From the NCBI GenBank assembly GCA_023247795.1, contig JAHFFT010000005.1, forward strand, positions 8,764 through 72,763: 64,000 nt of DNA, in the 5' to 3' direction. Made by a program: the position numbers and the translations under genes. Positions 39,292-49,747 of this stretch are shown in pieces; within the stretch, counting starts at the first letter, position 1; every line of letters begins with the position of its first letter. The DNA is from Candidatus Omnitrophota bacterium (GTDB lineage Bacteria > Omnitrophota > Gorgyraeia > Zapsychrales > JANLHA01). Below the pieces are notes generated by a model. The model saw only the letters and a program-made list of their open reading frames with translations, was not told where the DNA came from and searched no databases.

Positions 39292-39957
39292 TTACTGGGC
39301 AAGGGGTTCTTTGCCATAAAATTCGTGGCCGATCTGGATCCGTTCTTTGCTGTTCTTAAGACGCCAAAGGTTGGTGTCCCGAAGTGAATAAACACAGCCA
39401 CAATACTCTTGCTTATAAAATTCCTCTCGTTTGGCGATTTCATACATCCGCTGCGACCCACCCTGCTTACGCCAATTGTATGTCCAATAAATGATGCCTG
39501 GGTATCTCTCAGCGGCCATGACCCCGCTCTCATTGATTTGATCCATGTCTTTCCAACGCGACAATCCTAAACTGCTACTGATAATTTTGAATCCATGCTC
39601 AAAGGCATAAAGGGCCGTGCGCTCAAAGCGCATATCAAAACAAACCGAACAACGTTTCCCGCGTTCCGGCTCCCACTCCAACCCCTTGACGCGGGCAAAC
39701 CAGTCATCCCGGTCGTAGTCAGCATCCACAAAGGAGATGTTCATCTTTTTAGCAAAACGAACATTTTCTTCCTTTCGGATCTCATACTCTCTTTGGGGGT
39801 GGATATTCGGATTATAAAAGAAAATCGTATATTCAATTCCCGACGCTGATAGCGCCTCCATGATTTCACCGGAACAGGGGGCACAACACGAGTGCAATAA
39901 CAGTTTCTCCTCTCGCTGTGGTAAAGATAATTTTTCTCTTTTCAAATTTTCACTCAT
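39292..39957 (-). CDS. queH: Epoxyqueuosine reductase QueH (DUF208)
   Basis: The protein has [11 protein letters not shown] and later Cys motifs (CSVCFD, CGC). The start was trimmed to MSENLK. Confidence 0.75.
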   Translation of the reverse strand: MSENLKREKLSLPQREEKLLLHSCCAPCSGEIMEALSASGIEYTIFFYNPNIHPQREYEIRKEENVRFAKKMNISFVDADYDRDDWFARVKGLEWEPERGKRCSVCFDMRFERTALYAFEHGFKIISSSLGLSRWKDMDQINESGVMAAERYPGIIYWTYNWRKQGGSQRMYEIAKREEFYKQEYCGCVYSLRDTNLWRLKNSKERIQIGHEFYGKEPLAQ

Positions 39958-39974
39958 GGTCCAATTGTGCCATT

Positions 39975-40874
39975 TCACGCCGCCTTTGTCAAACGGATGG
40001 CCCGCGGAATGCAATCAATGATATCCGTCGCGATCATGGCCAGCTTTGTCTTATCTTTCGCGGCCAAGTCTCCGGCCTTCCCATGCAAATGAGCGCCAAA
40101 CTTCGCTGCTTCAAAAGCTGATAACCCTTGCGCTAAAAAAGCGGCAATCATTCCAGTCAAAACATCGCCGCTGCCGGCGGTTGCCATCCCGGCATTGCCC
40201 GTTTTATTTTGATAAACTTCTCCTTCCGGTGACGCAACAATCGTCCTGTGCCCCTTCAACAACAAAACCACCCGATGTTCTTTGGCAAATTGCTTGGCAG
40301 CTTTCACCCTATTTTTCTCAATCACCGCTTTCGAAAGACCCATGAGCCGCGCCATTTCTCCTGGATGTGGAGTTAAAATCTTAGTTGTTGTATTTTTTTT
40401 CAAAATGTTAATATCCTTTGACAAAGCATTCAAGCCATCCGCATCAACGACTAACGGCAATGGACAGGATACTATGATCATACGGATGAACTGTGCTGTT
40501 TCGTTATCCGACGACAATCCTGGCCCGATCGCCACCGACTGAAAATTTTTCCACAATCGTTCACATTGCCGATGAGCGGACAATGAGATCGTTCCTTGAC
40601 GCGTCTGGGCTAAAGGCAAAGTCATCAAGACCGGTGATATCTTTTTTTGAATAATCAAGTTAAGACCGGTAGGAATCCCTAACGTCACCAATCCAGCCCC
40701 GGCACGCATGGCCGCCAAACCGCTCAAAGCCGCCGCCCCCAGCATGTGGGGCGAACCGGCTAGAATCAAAACATGACCAAATTGATTTTTGTACGCTTGT
40801 GGATTACGACGTGATAATGGCGTTGGCAACCGCATATTTTCTCGTGTGTGATAAGGAGATATGAATTTTTCCAT
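39975..40874 (-). CDS. nnrD: ADP-dependent NAD(P)H-hydrate dehydratase (YjeF C-terminal domain)
   Basis: The protein has [28 protein letters not shown] and HLHGKAGD, which are carbohydrate-kinase-fold signatures. Confidence 0.7.
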   Translation of the reverse strand: MEKFISPYHTRENMRLPTPLSRRNPQAYKNQFGHVLILAGSPHMLGAAALSGLAAMRAGAGLVTLGIPTGLNLIIQKKISPVLMTLPLAQTRQGTISLSAHRQCERLWKNFQSVAIGPGLSSDNETAQFIRMIIVSCPLPLVVDADGLNALSKDINILKKNTTTKILTPHPGEMARLMGLSKAVIEKNRVKAAKQFAKEHRVVLLLKGHRTIVASPEGEVYQNKTGNAGMATAGSGDVLTGMIAAFLAQGLSAFEAAKFGAHLHGKAGDLAAKDKTKLAMIATDIIDCIPRAIRLTKAA

Positions 40875-41154
40875 TCATTTTCTTGTCTTTGTATTTGCAA
40901 ATGGGCTTGCCATTGGCATCATGAACAATCTTCATATCCTTCCAAAAAACCTGCTTGTTATTACCCAGGGCTTTCAAGACCGCTTCTTTGGCGGCAAAAC
41001 GTGCGGCATAATGCTGCGGAGGGAATTTCTGCTTCTCGGCATAAGCAATCTCCTCGGGACAAAACACGTGTTCAAGGAAATGCTTGCCCCAGCGTTTGAT
41101 CGCCTGTTCCATTCTTTCAACTTCGATGATATCGATACCAGTAGAAAATTTCAT
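40804..41154 (-). CDS. acpS: Holo-ACP synthase (4'-phosphopantetheinyl transferase)
   Basis: The 116-aa protein has MKFSTGIDIIEVERM and FAAKEAVLKALG. Confidence 0.75.
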   Translation of the reverse strand: MKFSTGIDIIEVERMEQAIKRWGKHFLEHVFCPEEIAYAEKQKFPPQHYAARFAAKEAVLKALGNNKQVFWKDMKIVHDANGKPICKYKDKKMNGKIHISLSHTRKYAVANAIITS

Positions 41155-41870
41155 TTTTTAACACTCATCAATTTACGCATTTGTTTAACGGCTTGCTCCA
41201 GACCAACAAAAACCGCTCGCGCGATAATCGCGTGCCCAATATTCAATTCTTCGATGCCAGCAATCATCGCCACCGATGGTGTATTGTCATAATTCAAACC
41301 ATGCCCAGCACTCACTCGCAACCCCAGGGATCGGCCGTAAAGGGTCATGTCGCTCAACTTGGACAATTCCATTTTCCGTAAGTTGGCCGTCTTTGCCCCA
41401 GCATAACATCCCGTATGCAGCTCGATCAATTGGGCCCCACTCTCTTGCGCCGCTTTGATTTGATCTTTAACTGGATCAACAAACAAACTGATCTTGATCC
41501 CTTTGCCTTCCAAAAATTTCACGACCTTCGCGATCTGTACCTGATGCCGGATAACGTCCAATCCACCTTCCGTGGTGATTTCCTGCCGTCTTTCCGGAAC
41601 AATGGTCGCGATATCAGGTTTGATCGCGCCGGCTATTTTCACAATCCGCGGATCTAAAGACATTTCCAAATTCAGAGGAATCGAAAGCCCCTTCCTTATT
41701 GCCCTGACATCCTCATCATTCACATGACGGCGGTCTTCCCGCAAATGACAGACAATGGAGTCTGCCCCGGCCTTTTCAGCAACTCTCGCGGCAACAAGTG
41801 GATCCGGGTCAAATCCTTGACGGGCCTGCCGCAAAGTGGCCACATGGTCAATGTTAACGCCTAACTTCAT
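41151..41870 (-). CDS. pdxJ: Pyridoxine 5'-phosphate synthase
   Basis: The protein has MKLGVNIDHVATLRQAR and CHLREDRRH. Confidence 0.85.
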   Translation of the reverse strand: MKLGVNIDHVATLRQARQGFDPDPLVAARVAEKAGADSIVCHLREDRRHVNDEDVRAIRKGLSIPLNLEMSLDPRIVKIAGAIKPDIATIVPERRQEITTEGGLDVIRHQVQIAKVVKFLEGKGIKISLFVDPVKDQIKAAQESGAQLIELHTGCYAGAKTANLRKMELSKLSDMTLYGRSLGLRVSAGHGLNYDNTPSVAMIAGIEELNIGHAIIARAVFVGLEQAVKQMRKLMSVKK

Positions 41871-41995
41871 TTCGGGAAAGTAAAAAGAGATTTGAGGATT
41901 TCGTCATTCAGATAAAGCCAGGTGAAAATCGCTAAAACCAAAGCAATCACTTTCAACGCCAGGTTCTGAGTAAACCACGCCTTGGTGACTTTCAT
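41868..41995 (-). CDS. 42-aa CdaR (YbbR)-like N-terminal membrane-anchor fragment, either a truncated cdaR or a pseudogene
   Basis: The reverse-strand ORF reads MKVTKAWFTQNLALKVIALVLAIFTWLYLNDEILKSLFTFPK*. Its start forms ATGA with the cdaA stop. Its TGA falls at the pdxJ start. No YbbR repeat region is present. Confidence 0.4.
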
Positions 41996-42771
41996 GCAGC
42001 AGTCCCTTTCTTCGGTTTTAAAAGCAGGTCACGTAAAACACTGATCAAGCGTTCGCGGTTAACAACCGGAATGAAACGCCCATCTTCTGCCACTGAGATC
42101 TCTTGGGTCTCTTCGGAAACCATCACCACCACGGCGTCGGTTTGTTCCGTCAAACCTAAAGCCGCACGATGACGGGTACCGATGATTTTGCTAAAATTCG
42201 GATTTTCCGTCAATGGGAACAAACAGGATGCCGCCACAATACGGTCGCCGCGCGAAATCACACCACCGTCATGCAAAGGCGAACTGGTATGAAAAATGCT
42301 CTGCAAGAGTTCGGCGGAAATCTTGGCATCAATCGCAATCCCGCTTTCGATATACGTTTTTAATTTCAATTCCCGTTCAATGGCGATGAGGCAACCAAGC
42401 CGGTTCTTCGAAAGCCGATAGACCGCGGTCGTGATCTCTTCACAGACCGCCATCATCTCCGATTCTTCCAGCCCGACGTTGAACAGATGCTGCTGACCCA
42501 ACCGGGCCAGCCCCTGCCGCAATTCCGGCTGAAAAATAACCAAGACACCGATAACAGAAATGGCAAAAATCTTCGTCAACAACCAATTGAGGGTATCCAG
42601 CCCTAACACCTGAAAAAGAAAAAACGCGATGATCAGATAGGCGATGCCTTTAAGAACATGAAAAGACCGGGTCCCCTCGACGAACAACAAAATTCGATAA
42701 AAGACCAACCAGAGAATAAGGATCTCTAAAACGGCCTTGATGGTTGTATAAATATCAAACGTGACATTCAT
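41992..42771 (-). CDS. cdaA: Diadenylate cyclase CdaA (DisA_N domain with an N-terminal transmembrane anchor)
   Basis: The protein has 3 N-terminal transmembrane helices. It carries RHRAALGLTEQTDAVVVMVSEETQEISVA, LHDGGVI and GTRHRAA, the DAC-domain signatures. Confidence 0.8.
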   Translation of the reverse strand: MNVTFDIYTTIKAVLEILILWLVFYRILLFVEGTRSFHVLKGIAYLIIAFFLFQVLGLDTLNWLLTKIFAISVIGVLVIFQPELRQGLARLGQQHLFNVGLEESEMMAVCEEITTAVYRLSKNRLGCLIAIERELKLKTYIESGIAIDAKISAELLQSIFHTSSPLHDGGVISRGDRIVAASCLFPLTENPNFSKIIGTRHRAALGLTEQTDAVVVMVSEETQEISVAEDGRFIPVVNRERLISVLRDLLLKPKKGTAA

Positions 42772-43646
42772 TTCTGTGGTTCCTGCTGCAGAAGTGCGTC
42801 GGTCATCCGCACCACCTTAGACATCGCTGCGACATCATGAACGCGAACAATATGCGCTCCATTCATAACACTGGCACAAACCGTTGCGCCGGTTCCCAGC
42901 AGTCGTTCTTTTCCATCATTTCCCAAAACTTTACCAATGAATGATTTACGAGAAGTCCCGACGAGGATGGGTCTTCGCAATTGAGTAAACTCGGCTAACC
43001 GCTGAATGATCTCACAATTGTGCTCGACGGTCTTCCCAAAACCTATTCCCGGATCAATAATTATTTTATCCAATTTCAAACCAAAGTCCAAACATATTTC
43101 CATGGATTTCTTCAACGAAATGATGATTTCATCGATCAGGTTCCGGTAAAAAATTTTTCTTTGCATCGTGGCCGGGCTGCGACCGCCCATATGCATCAAA
43201 ACAATGGCCGCGTCGTATTCACAGACCCATTTGATCAACGAACGCTGCACCTGAGTTCCCTTAATGTTGTTAACAATGCTGGCCCCAGCTTTGAGCGCTT
43301 CTTGTGCCACTTGGGGCTTATAGGTATCCACTGATATCGGAACCGGCACTTGCTCTTTCAAGGCCTCAATCACCGGAATCACCCGACGAAGCTCTTCCTT
43401 AACCGTCACCGGCCTGGCTCCCGGACGGCTGGACTCCCCGCCCACGTCGAGGATATCAGCCCCTTCTCGGACAAATCCTTTCGCCAACCGGCAAGCTGCT
43501 CTCACAAAATCTTTGTGTTTCTGTAGACAGCCGTCCTGACTGAATGAATCCGGAGTGACATTGATGATGGCCATGATCCTGGTCTGAGGGCCGCACGATA
43601 GTGAATGATGACGGGCGTGGATGAGAAAATTTCTTCGTTTCATCAA
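42768..43646 (-). CDS. folP: Dihydropteroate synthase
   Basis: The protein has GADILDVGGESSRPGA, ISVDT and IINDI. Confidence 0.85.
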   Translation of the reverse strand: MMKRRNFLIHARHHSLSCGPQTRIMAIINVTPDSFSQDGCLQKHKDFVRAACRLAKGFVREGADILDVGGESSRPGARPVTVKEELRRVIPVIEALKEQVPVPISVDTYKPQVAQEALKAGASIVNNIKGTQVQRSLIKWVCEYDAAIVLMHMGGRSPATMQRKIFYRNLIDEIIISLKKSMEICLDFGLKLDKIIIDPGIGFGKTVEHNCEIIQRLAEFTQLRRPILVGTSRKSFIGKVLGNDGKERLLGTGATVCASVMNGAHIVRVHDVAAMSKVVRMTDALLQQEPQK

Positions 43647-43691
43647 TGTTGGGAGTTACTGAAGGATTTCAAAAAAGCGAAGCAATGAATA

Positions 43692-45644
43692 TTAGGATGA
43701 TCGTACGTCGGAAATGGGCAAAGGATCGGATGGTTTCTGTTCGGTCTCAGCGGAAGAAGCCTCTTCCAACCCTAAAATTTTCTTTGCCTCTTCCACATCC
43801 AAGACTTCTCTTTCCATCAATGTTTTTGCTAAAAGATCGAGCTTATCACGATTCGTGGTTAATAGTATCTTCGCGCGTTCATAAGCCGAATTGACCAGAC
43901 GCAAGGCTTCTAAATCAATATTCTTGGCCGTCTCCTCGCTGTATTCCTTTTGCTCGAACAAATCACGGCCCAAAAATCGGTTGCTGTGATCGCTGCCAAA
44001 AGCCATCTTACCCAAATTCTCACTCATCCCGAACGTGCACACCATGGACCGGGCAATCTGGGTCACCTTCTGCAAATCATTGGAGACACCGGTTGTTGTG
44101 TCGTTCATGTAAATTTCTTCCCCCACCATGCCGCCTAGCAATACCGTCATCGTACCCAAAAGCTCTTTTTTATTGCGGTAATGCCGGTCTTCTTTAGGAG
44201 GTGTTAAGGTATACCCGCCTGCCATGCCGCGCGGAACAATCGAAACCTTCGTGAAGGTATCGACTTCCTCAATCAACAACGACAATAGCGCGTGTCCGGA
44301 TTCATGATAGGCTGTCATTTCTTTTTCCTTCTTCGAAACGGTGCGGCTCTTTTTTTCCGGTCCCATGGTGACGCGTTCAATGGCGGCTAAAAAATCCGAC
44401 ATTTCAACATATTCTTTATTTTTCCTTGCGGCTAAAAGGGCCGCTTCATTGCAGGCATTGGCCAAATCCGCGCCGGAAAAAAACACCGTCTGCCGGGCAA
44501 GTTTGAGAAAATCAACATCAGGACCTAATTTGAGGTCTTTGGCGTGGACTTTCAAAATTCCTTCACGGCCATTAAGATCCGGAAGCCCCACGACAATCTG
44601 CCGGTCAAAACGCCCCGGTCTTAAAAGCGCTGGATCCAGGGTATCAGGTCGATTGGTCGCGGCAATGATGATGACCCCGGTTTGCGGGTTAAAACCATCC
44701 ATCTCGACCAAAAGGGCGTTGAGGGTCTGTTCACGTTCATCATTCCCGCCGCCGATCCCAGAAAAACGCTGTCTTCCCACAGCGTCGATCTCGTCGATGA
44801 AAACAATCGCTCCTTTCGCACTGGCCAGCGAGGCCTTGCGCGCCTGATCAAAAAGATCTCTCACCCGTGAGGCACCAACCCCAACAAACATCTCGACAAA
44901 GTCTGATCCACTCAATGAAAAGAACGGCACGCTGGCCTCACCAGCAACCGCCTTCGCTAAAAGGGTCTTTCCTGTCCCCGGCGGGCCGACCAGCAGCACA
45001 CCTTTAGGAATTTTGCCGCCCAATCTTTGAAACTTTTTAGGCTCCTTTAAAAATTCAATGACCTCCTGCAATTCTTCTTTGGCCTCATCAACACCCGCGA
45101 CATTATTGAAGGTGATCTTCATATTGGTTTTGTCCGAGACCCTCGCCCGGCTTTTGCCAAAAGACCAAATCTTATTTCCCATCTGACTGCCGCGGTAGGA
45201 AATGAACCAAATGAAAAGGATGATCACCAGGATCGGAAGCATTGAAAGGATCAATTGCCCCCAAAAAGTCTGGGCGGGACGGACCGCGAAATTCGTGACA
45301 TTTTCACGCATGAGCGTGTAAATGCCCTCGTCGGCTTTAGGGATATGCAGATGAAATTCGGTGTCGTCTTGAAAAGTGCCCCGAACGATATTTTCAGTAC
45401 TCTCAATCAACTCGAGACTCTTAATTTGCTTGACCCGCTCGGGATCTTTTAAAATCGCGTAAAACTCACTGTAAGTCAGTTCGTTAGCGGTGTTGATCTT
45501 GGTCACGGTCTCCGTCGAGCTCAGCATCAAAAGGAACAAAAATCCAACCACCAACCAAAATAACCAATTGTTGTTGGGCTGTTTGGGTTTCAGCGGATCC
45601 TTACGGTCTCGACGCAGATTCTTATTTTTTCTTAAATTGTCCAC
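43692..45644 (-). CDS. ftsH: ATP-dependent zinc metalloprotease FtsH
   Basis: The protein has a Walker A motif GPPGTGKT, a second region of homology (SRH), and the zinc motif HESGHAL. It has 2 N-terminal transmembrane helices. Confidence 0.9.
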   Translation of the reverse strand: MDNLRKNKNLRRDRKDPLKPKQPNNNWLFWLVVGFLFLLMLSSTETVTKINTANELTYSEFYAILKDPERVKQIKSLELIESTENIVRGTFQDDTEFHLHIPKADEGIYTLMRENVTNFAVRPAQTFWGQLILSMLPILVIILFIWFISYRGSQMGNKIWSFGKSRARVSDKTNMKITFNNVAGVDEAKEELQEVIEFLKEPKKFQRLGGKIPKGVLLVGPPGTGKTLLAKAVAGEASVPFFSLSGSDFVEMFVGVGASRVRDLFDQARKASLASAKGAIVFIDEIDAVGRQRFSGIGGGNDEREQTLNALLVEMDGFNPQTGVIIIAATNRPDTLDPALLRPGRFDRQIVVGLPDLNGREGILKVHAKDLKLGPDVDFLKLARQTVFFSGADLANACNEAALLAARKNKEYVEMSDFLAAIERVTMGPEKKSRTVSKKEKEMTAYHESGHALLSLLIEEVDTFTKVSIVPRGMAGGYTLTPPKEDRHYRNKKELLGTMTVLLGGMVGEEIYMNDTTTGVSNDLQKVTQIARSMVCTFGMSENLGKMAFGSDHSNRFLGRDLFEQKEYSEETAKNIDLEALRLVNSAYERAKILLTTNRDKLDLLAKTLMEREVLDVEEAKKILGLEEASSAETEQKPSDPLPISDVRSS

Positions 45645-45711
45645 AATATTTTATTTCGATTACTCAAGTCATTTCTGGAACCTATCAATTATAATCGAAG
45701 CAAGCAGATAT

Positions 45712-46740
45712 TCAAGTCTTTCTTCTCTGAGCTGTCGGATCCGACCGTCTCGATGCAGAAAAACCTTTGACCCGCAAAAAATTCTTTTCCTTTTTGATAA
45801 CAACTTTTCCTGGCAGATCAACAACCGAGCCTAATGGCCGCGAAAAAATCAAATCCTCGACTTCATCCATATGAGAAAGACTGATCTTACGCAAATCCCC
45901 TTTGGCCAATTCCACCATTGAACGGATCACCAAATGCTGCAAAGCCGGATGCAGCTCCTTGAGATCTGATAGCTTCACTTGAAAAGACTGCTTGCCCTTA
46001 CTGTTGATCATTGTCTTTTGCTCTTCGACGGCTGATGATAAATAATCATAATCAATAACGGCGTTTCGCGAAAGGTTAACCAAGGCCTGACCGATCCCTA
46101 CATTGTAATCTTGCTCTAACAGCGGGATGAGTTCATTACGAATCCGATTGCGCAAAAAAGTTCGATCTCGATTTGTTGGATCGACTTTATAAACAATTTT
46201 CTTGTCTGTCAAATATACCAAAATCGATTTCCTGCTCAAATCCAAAAACGGACGAATCACCAAGAAATCATGAAGTTCGCGTTGATGCACCATGCCTTGC
46301 AATCCCAAAAGGCCTGCCCCGCGGATGATCCGCATCAATACCGTCTCTGCCAAATCATCCCGGTGATGGGCAAGGGCAAGACAATGACATTTCTTCATCT
46401 TGGCCAGGGCCACCAGTTTATTTAATCTTTGCTCCCGGGCCCACTCTTCCTTTGATCCTTTAGCAGGAGCTGTTCTTAAATGGACAACGTGACAATCCAC
46501 ATTCAAATCTTTACACAAATCCTGTACAAATTTTTGATGCTGCCCTGCTTGGCCGTGCCAATGATGGTTCACGTGGCCCACGATCAACTGAAAACCTAAA
46601 ACAGTCCGCAATTCTGCCAACGCGGATAAAAGTGCCACGGAATCCGAGCCACCGGAAACTCCAAGAAGAACACAGCTCCCTCGTCTAATCAAATTCCGCT
46701 TGAGAAGATCGGATTTCAATGCTCGTTCAAATTTATTCAT
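45712..46740 (-). CDS. tilS: tRNA(Ile)-lysidine synthetase
   Basis: The PP-loop motif is LLGVSGGSDSVALL. Confidence 0.8.
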   Translation of the reverse strand: MNKFERALKSDLLKRNLIRRGSCVLLGVSGGSDSVALLSALAELRTVLGFQLIVGHVNHHWHGQAGQHQKFVQDLCKDLNVDCHVVHLRTAPAKGSKEEWAREQRLNKLVALAKMKKCHCLALAHHRDDLAETVLMRIIRGAGLLGLQGMVHQRELHDFLVIRPFLDLSRKSILVYLTDKKIVYKVDPTNRDRTFLRNRIRNELIPLLEQDYNVGIGQALVNLSRNAVIDYDYLSSAVEEQKTMINSKGKQSFQVKLSDLKELHPALQHLVIRSMVELAKGDLRKISLSHMDEVEDLIFSRPLGSVVDLPGKVVIKKEKNFLRVKGFSASRRSDPTAQRRKT

Positions 46741-46796
46741 GAACCAACCTCGATGAGCTAAAGATAAAACACCGCTTAAAAATCGTTAAATTTTTC

Positions 46797-47909
46797 TTAA
46801 GAGGAAGCTGGCTCGGAAATGAGTTTCACGACCACCGCGATGAAGCCGCCCGTCAATAAAAGATTCAGCGCCAGACTCAACACCCCTAAACTTGCCGCCG
46901 CACCACCAAATCCATGCGATATCGCGATCAAAAGAACACCGGCCCCCACTTCTCCTCGGGGAAACATGGCCACACTGAGCGCCAACCGCGAAATCAGCGA
47001 GGCCTCCCGTCGATAACAACATAAAATGAAACATTTACCGAGATTTGATAAAAGGGTTAACATGAGGACATGCCATAACGCGGCCATCGGTGTGATCAGG
47101 CCAAGATCGATTTTCGGTAGCGAACAGCCCACCAAAAACATGAATCCCCCTTTCAACAAGCGATCAAACCATAGCGGCCAGCCTCGCAACGGTTCCATAT
47201 GGGACAACTCATGCATGAACGCCTCGTCAAAAGGCTTCGCCGGAGGGTTGAAAAGAACGCATCCCAGCGTAAAGGCCGGCAGCAAAACTTCCAAATGAAT
47301 ATGGGCTGTTGCGTTGAAGAATTTAAGGAAGACAACGAGGATGACACTGTAAAAAAAGAGCCACAGTTTTCCGACCGGCACACGCAGACAATTCAGCCAA
47401 CGATAAGCCCCGGCCAATAAAAAGATGATGATGACAACAACGAACAGCATTTCCATTTTCATTCCAACCAAAACAATCTGCAAAGGGATCAACAAAAGGA
47501 TCGTCGCGATATCATCAAAAATGGCCAAAATCCTTGCCTGCTTAAATACCCAGGTCATGCCCAGTCCCGCGGCCGTTAACATCGCGAACAAAACGCCCGC
47601 CGACGTCGGTGCCGCGAACAGCCCCACCAAGCCGGATTCTTTCCAGTTCAGATGAAACACCGTGCCAAAATAAGCAGCGCATAAAAGCCATGGCAAAACC
47701 GCGGCGATCGTTGCCACACAAAAATCCCAAGCATAATGTTTCAATTTATCTTTTTGAATGGTGAATTCAAGGCCGACTTCCACCATGATATAGGCAAGGC
47801 ACACCGTTGTAAGCAGGGGCAATAACTCCCGGGCTTGATCGAAATTCACCGTTTGCGAAACGACAATCCCGGACAGTAAAAGCAAACTGTAAAAAACAAT
47901 GAGATACAA
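46797..47909 (-). CDS. Cation:proton antiporter family membrane protein
   Basis: The 370-aa protein has about 10 predicted transmembrane helices. FDDIATILLL and PRGEVGAGVLL match CPA-family motifs. Confidence 0.4.
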   Translation of the reverse strand: MYLIVFYSLLLLSGIVVSQTVNFDQARELLPLLTTVCLAYIMVEVGLEFTIQKDKLKHYAWDFCVATIAAVLPWLLCAAYFGTVFHLNWKESGLVGLFAAPTSAGVLFAMLTAAGLGMTWVFKQARILAIFDDIATILLLIPLQIVLVGMKMEMLFVVVIIIFLLAGAYRWLNCLRVPVGKLWLFFYSVILVVFLKFFNATAHIHLEVLLPAFTLGCVLFNPPAKPFDEAFMHELSHMEPLRGWPLWFDRLLKGGFMFLVGCSLPKIDLGLITPMAALWHVLMLTLLSNLGKCFILCCYRREASLISRLALSVAMFPRGEVGAGVLLIAISHGFGGAAASLGVLSLALNLLLTGGFIAVVVKLISEPASS

Positions 47910-48036
47910 ATGATCCTCCTAACAAATTCCAAACTCAAAATCGATCAAACCATTTGCGACCTAAATATCCGATCCAACAAAGCAATCCCACCACGATCAA
48001 AAGTTTTAAAATATGGATGGTGGTGGTCATAAACAC

Positions 48037-48095
48037 GTCTCAGGTTACAGGTCTCAAGTTATAAGTCTTGAAAACTTGCGACTTGCACCTTTCGG
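48037..48095. repeat. GTCTCAAG-family intergenic repeat
   Basis: The sequence is caggtctcaagttataagtcttgaaaacttgcgacttgca, with CAAGTT/AACTTG arms. It is downstream of the SNase gene. Confidence 0.45.
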
Positions 48096-48097
48096 CT

Positions 48098-48643
48098 TCA
48101 TTGGGCTTGCAATCCCCGCTGCTCTTGCCGAGCTTCCCGATAGGCGTCACGCAAAACTTCGGCGTACTTGATGTTGGGGGGACGGATCTGCAGATTGGCA
48201 TAGCCCTGTCTTAAAATTTCGGCATTGACAAAGACATTGCCTTCTTTTAAAAAAACATACGCCAACGTCACAAAATCTTCATCCGCTCTTTGCGTATCAA
48301 ATTCGACCCTGACCATTTTCCCCGTTAAAAGCGATTCCACGAAGTGAAAAGCGCGCTCTTCCATAGAATCGTAAGGAGTGATCTCTTCAATGACAAAACC
48401 GTATTTATCAAATTCCTGTTTCTCTCTTGTTGGCGCGGCTGGGCCGAGCAGCCCAATCAAACGGATCTTCTTTCCACCTTCAAGAATGATCGTGTCCGCC
48501 GATCGGACCTCTTTGACCTGAACTTCCTCGTAAGTCTTCAATGATTGAAAACCCAAATCGTTGCTTTCCGCGGCCCTTGCCAAAAACGAATAAAACAACA
48601 CTGATGAAAACATCCCTAAAACAATGATCGCGATTCTCTTCAT
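48098..48643 (-). CDS. Secreted thermonuclease (staphylococcal-nuclease-like)
   Basis: The protein has a signal peptide. The SNase fold shows in IRLIGLLGPAAPTRE, LAYVFL and NAEILRQGYA. Confidence 0.55.
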   Translation of the reverse strand: MKRIAIIVLGMFSSVLFYSFLARAAESNDLGFQSLKTYEEVQVKEVRSADTIILEGGKKIRLIGLLGPAAPTREKQEFDKYGFVIEEITPYDSMEERAFHFVESLLTGKMVRVEFDTQRADEDFVTLAYVFLKEGNVFVNAEILRQGYANLQIRPPNIKYAEVLRDAYREARQEQRGLQAQ

Positions 48644-48655
48644 AGCGCGTGCCGT

Positions 48656-49747
48656 TTAAGAAACTCCGATTGAGATGAGCTGGGACAAATATTGCAGATC
48701 ATGGATATGCTCGTTCAAATGGCTATTATCCTTCTCAGTATGCAGATTCATAACTCCAAAAACCTGGTCCTTTGCCGCCAACGGCAAAATGATGGAATGT
48801 TTGATATTGCCTCGTTTGAGCAAGTATTGAATCCGATAATCTCCTTCGGTGCCGTCGATCATAAAGGGCCGGTTTTCCCGGACCGCGATCCCCGCGACAC
48901 CCTGTCCAACCGTAATCCGCAGATCACGAATTTTTTCTTCTTCAATACCCCGTGACCCCTTAAGCACCAATGTTTTCTTATCCTCATCCAGCGTCATGAT
49001 CGATCCGGCTTCCACGTCGCAAAGACGCAGAGCGACGTCTAAAAAAGTGACCAACATTTCATCGACATGAATGGTCTGTAAAAGCTGCTGAGTGAGTTGG
49101 GTGATGTCACTCGACACAACAGCCTCACGGAACTCTGGGCCGCGAAATTTGGACTGTTCCTGTTGAATCTGCGCCATATCTTTAAGGATTTCCAACGCCA
49201 AATCCAAAACCCCATTCATGACCACTTGCGGCATCGCGGGGATATTGTAAACCATTTCCCGGGCATGTTCATAATCCATCTCCCATTCCCTGGCCATCTG
49301 CAACAGCGAATCCTCATCCAACCGTCGATCACAGAGCACCGGACCAAGAATCAAATAGGCGCTGGGGTGAGGACCTTCAAATTGCACCGGCAACGCGTAA
49401 ATCGAAAATCCAAAAAGATTGGTATAACACCAAAGTCGATTGTCGTATTCAAACTTAGACAAGAAATCATGTGCTCCGCGATGAAAATTCACGCCAAAAA
49501 CCGGGTTCATCAAAAGGTCAAAACCAAAATCAAAATGCGCCCGCTCCCCTTGTCGAGGCGATATGATCACCCGTCCTTGAGGATTCACCAAAACCATGTT
49601 CATCCGCAAGGCCTGAACAAAACGGCAAAGGATGGCGGTCCATTGCGGTTTGTTGATCCTGAATTGCGTGGTATCTGGAAAATTTTCTATTGGCATAAAA
49701 TTATTGTGTCCCTTGCTTTTCTTGCAAACGTTCCATATCAAAAACAA
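48656..49747 (-). CDS. GAF domain-containing sensor protein with an N-terminal PocR-like domain
   Basis: The C-terminal GAF region reads ...LVLKGSRGI...ITVGQGVAGIAVRENRPFMI.... No output domain is present. Confidence 0.4.
   Translation of the reverse strand: MFLIWNVCKKSKGHNNFMPIENFPDTTQFRINKPQWTAILCRFVQALRMNMVLVNPQGRVIISPRQGERAHFDFGFDLLMNPVFGVNFHRGAHDFLSKFEYDNRLWCYTNLFGFSIYALPVQFEGPHPSAYLILGPVLCDRRLDEDSLLQMAREWEMDYEHAREMVYNIPAMPQVVMNGVLDLALEILKDMAQIQQEQSKFRGPEFREAVVSSDITQLTQQLLQTIHVDEMLVTFLDVALRLCDVEAGSIMTLDEDKKTLVLKGSRGIEEEKIRDLRITVGQGVAGIAVRENRPFMIDGTEGDYRIQYLLKRGNIKHSIILPLAAKDQVFGVMNLHTEKDNSHLNEHIHDLQYLSQLISIGVS

Noticed and set aside
40804-40874. 71-nt overlap between the nnr-dehydratase and acpS ORFs, as a possible frameshift or fusion
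   Set aside because: Both reading frames have their own plausible start codons. The dehydratase can start at the internal Met MRLPT, and acpS at MKFSTGIDII. The overlap is most simply explained by an over-extended N-terminus in the ORF track.
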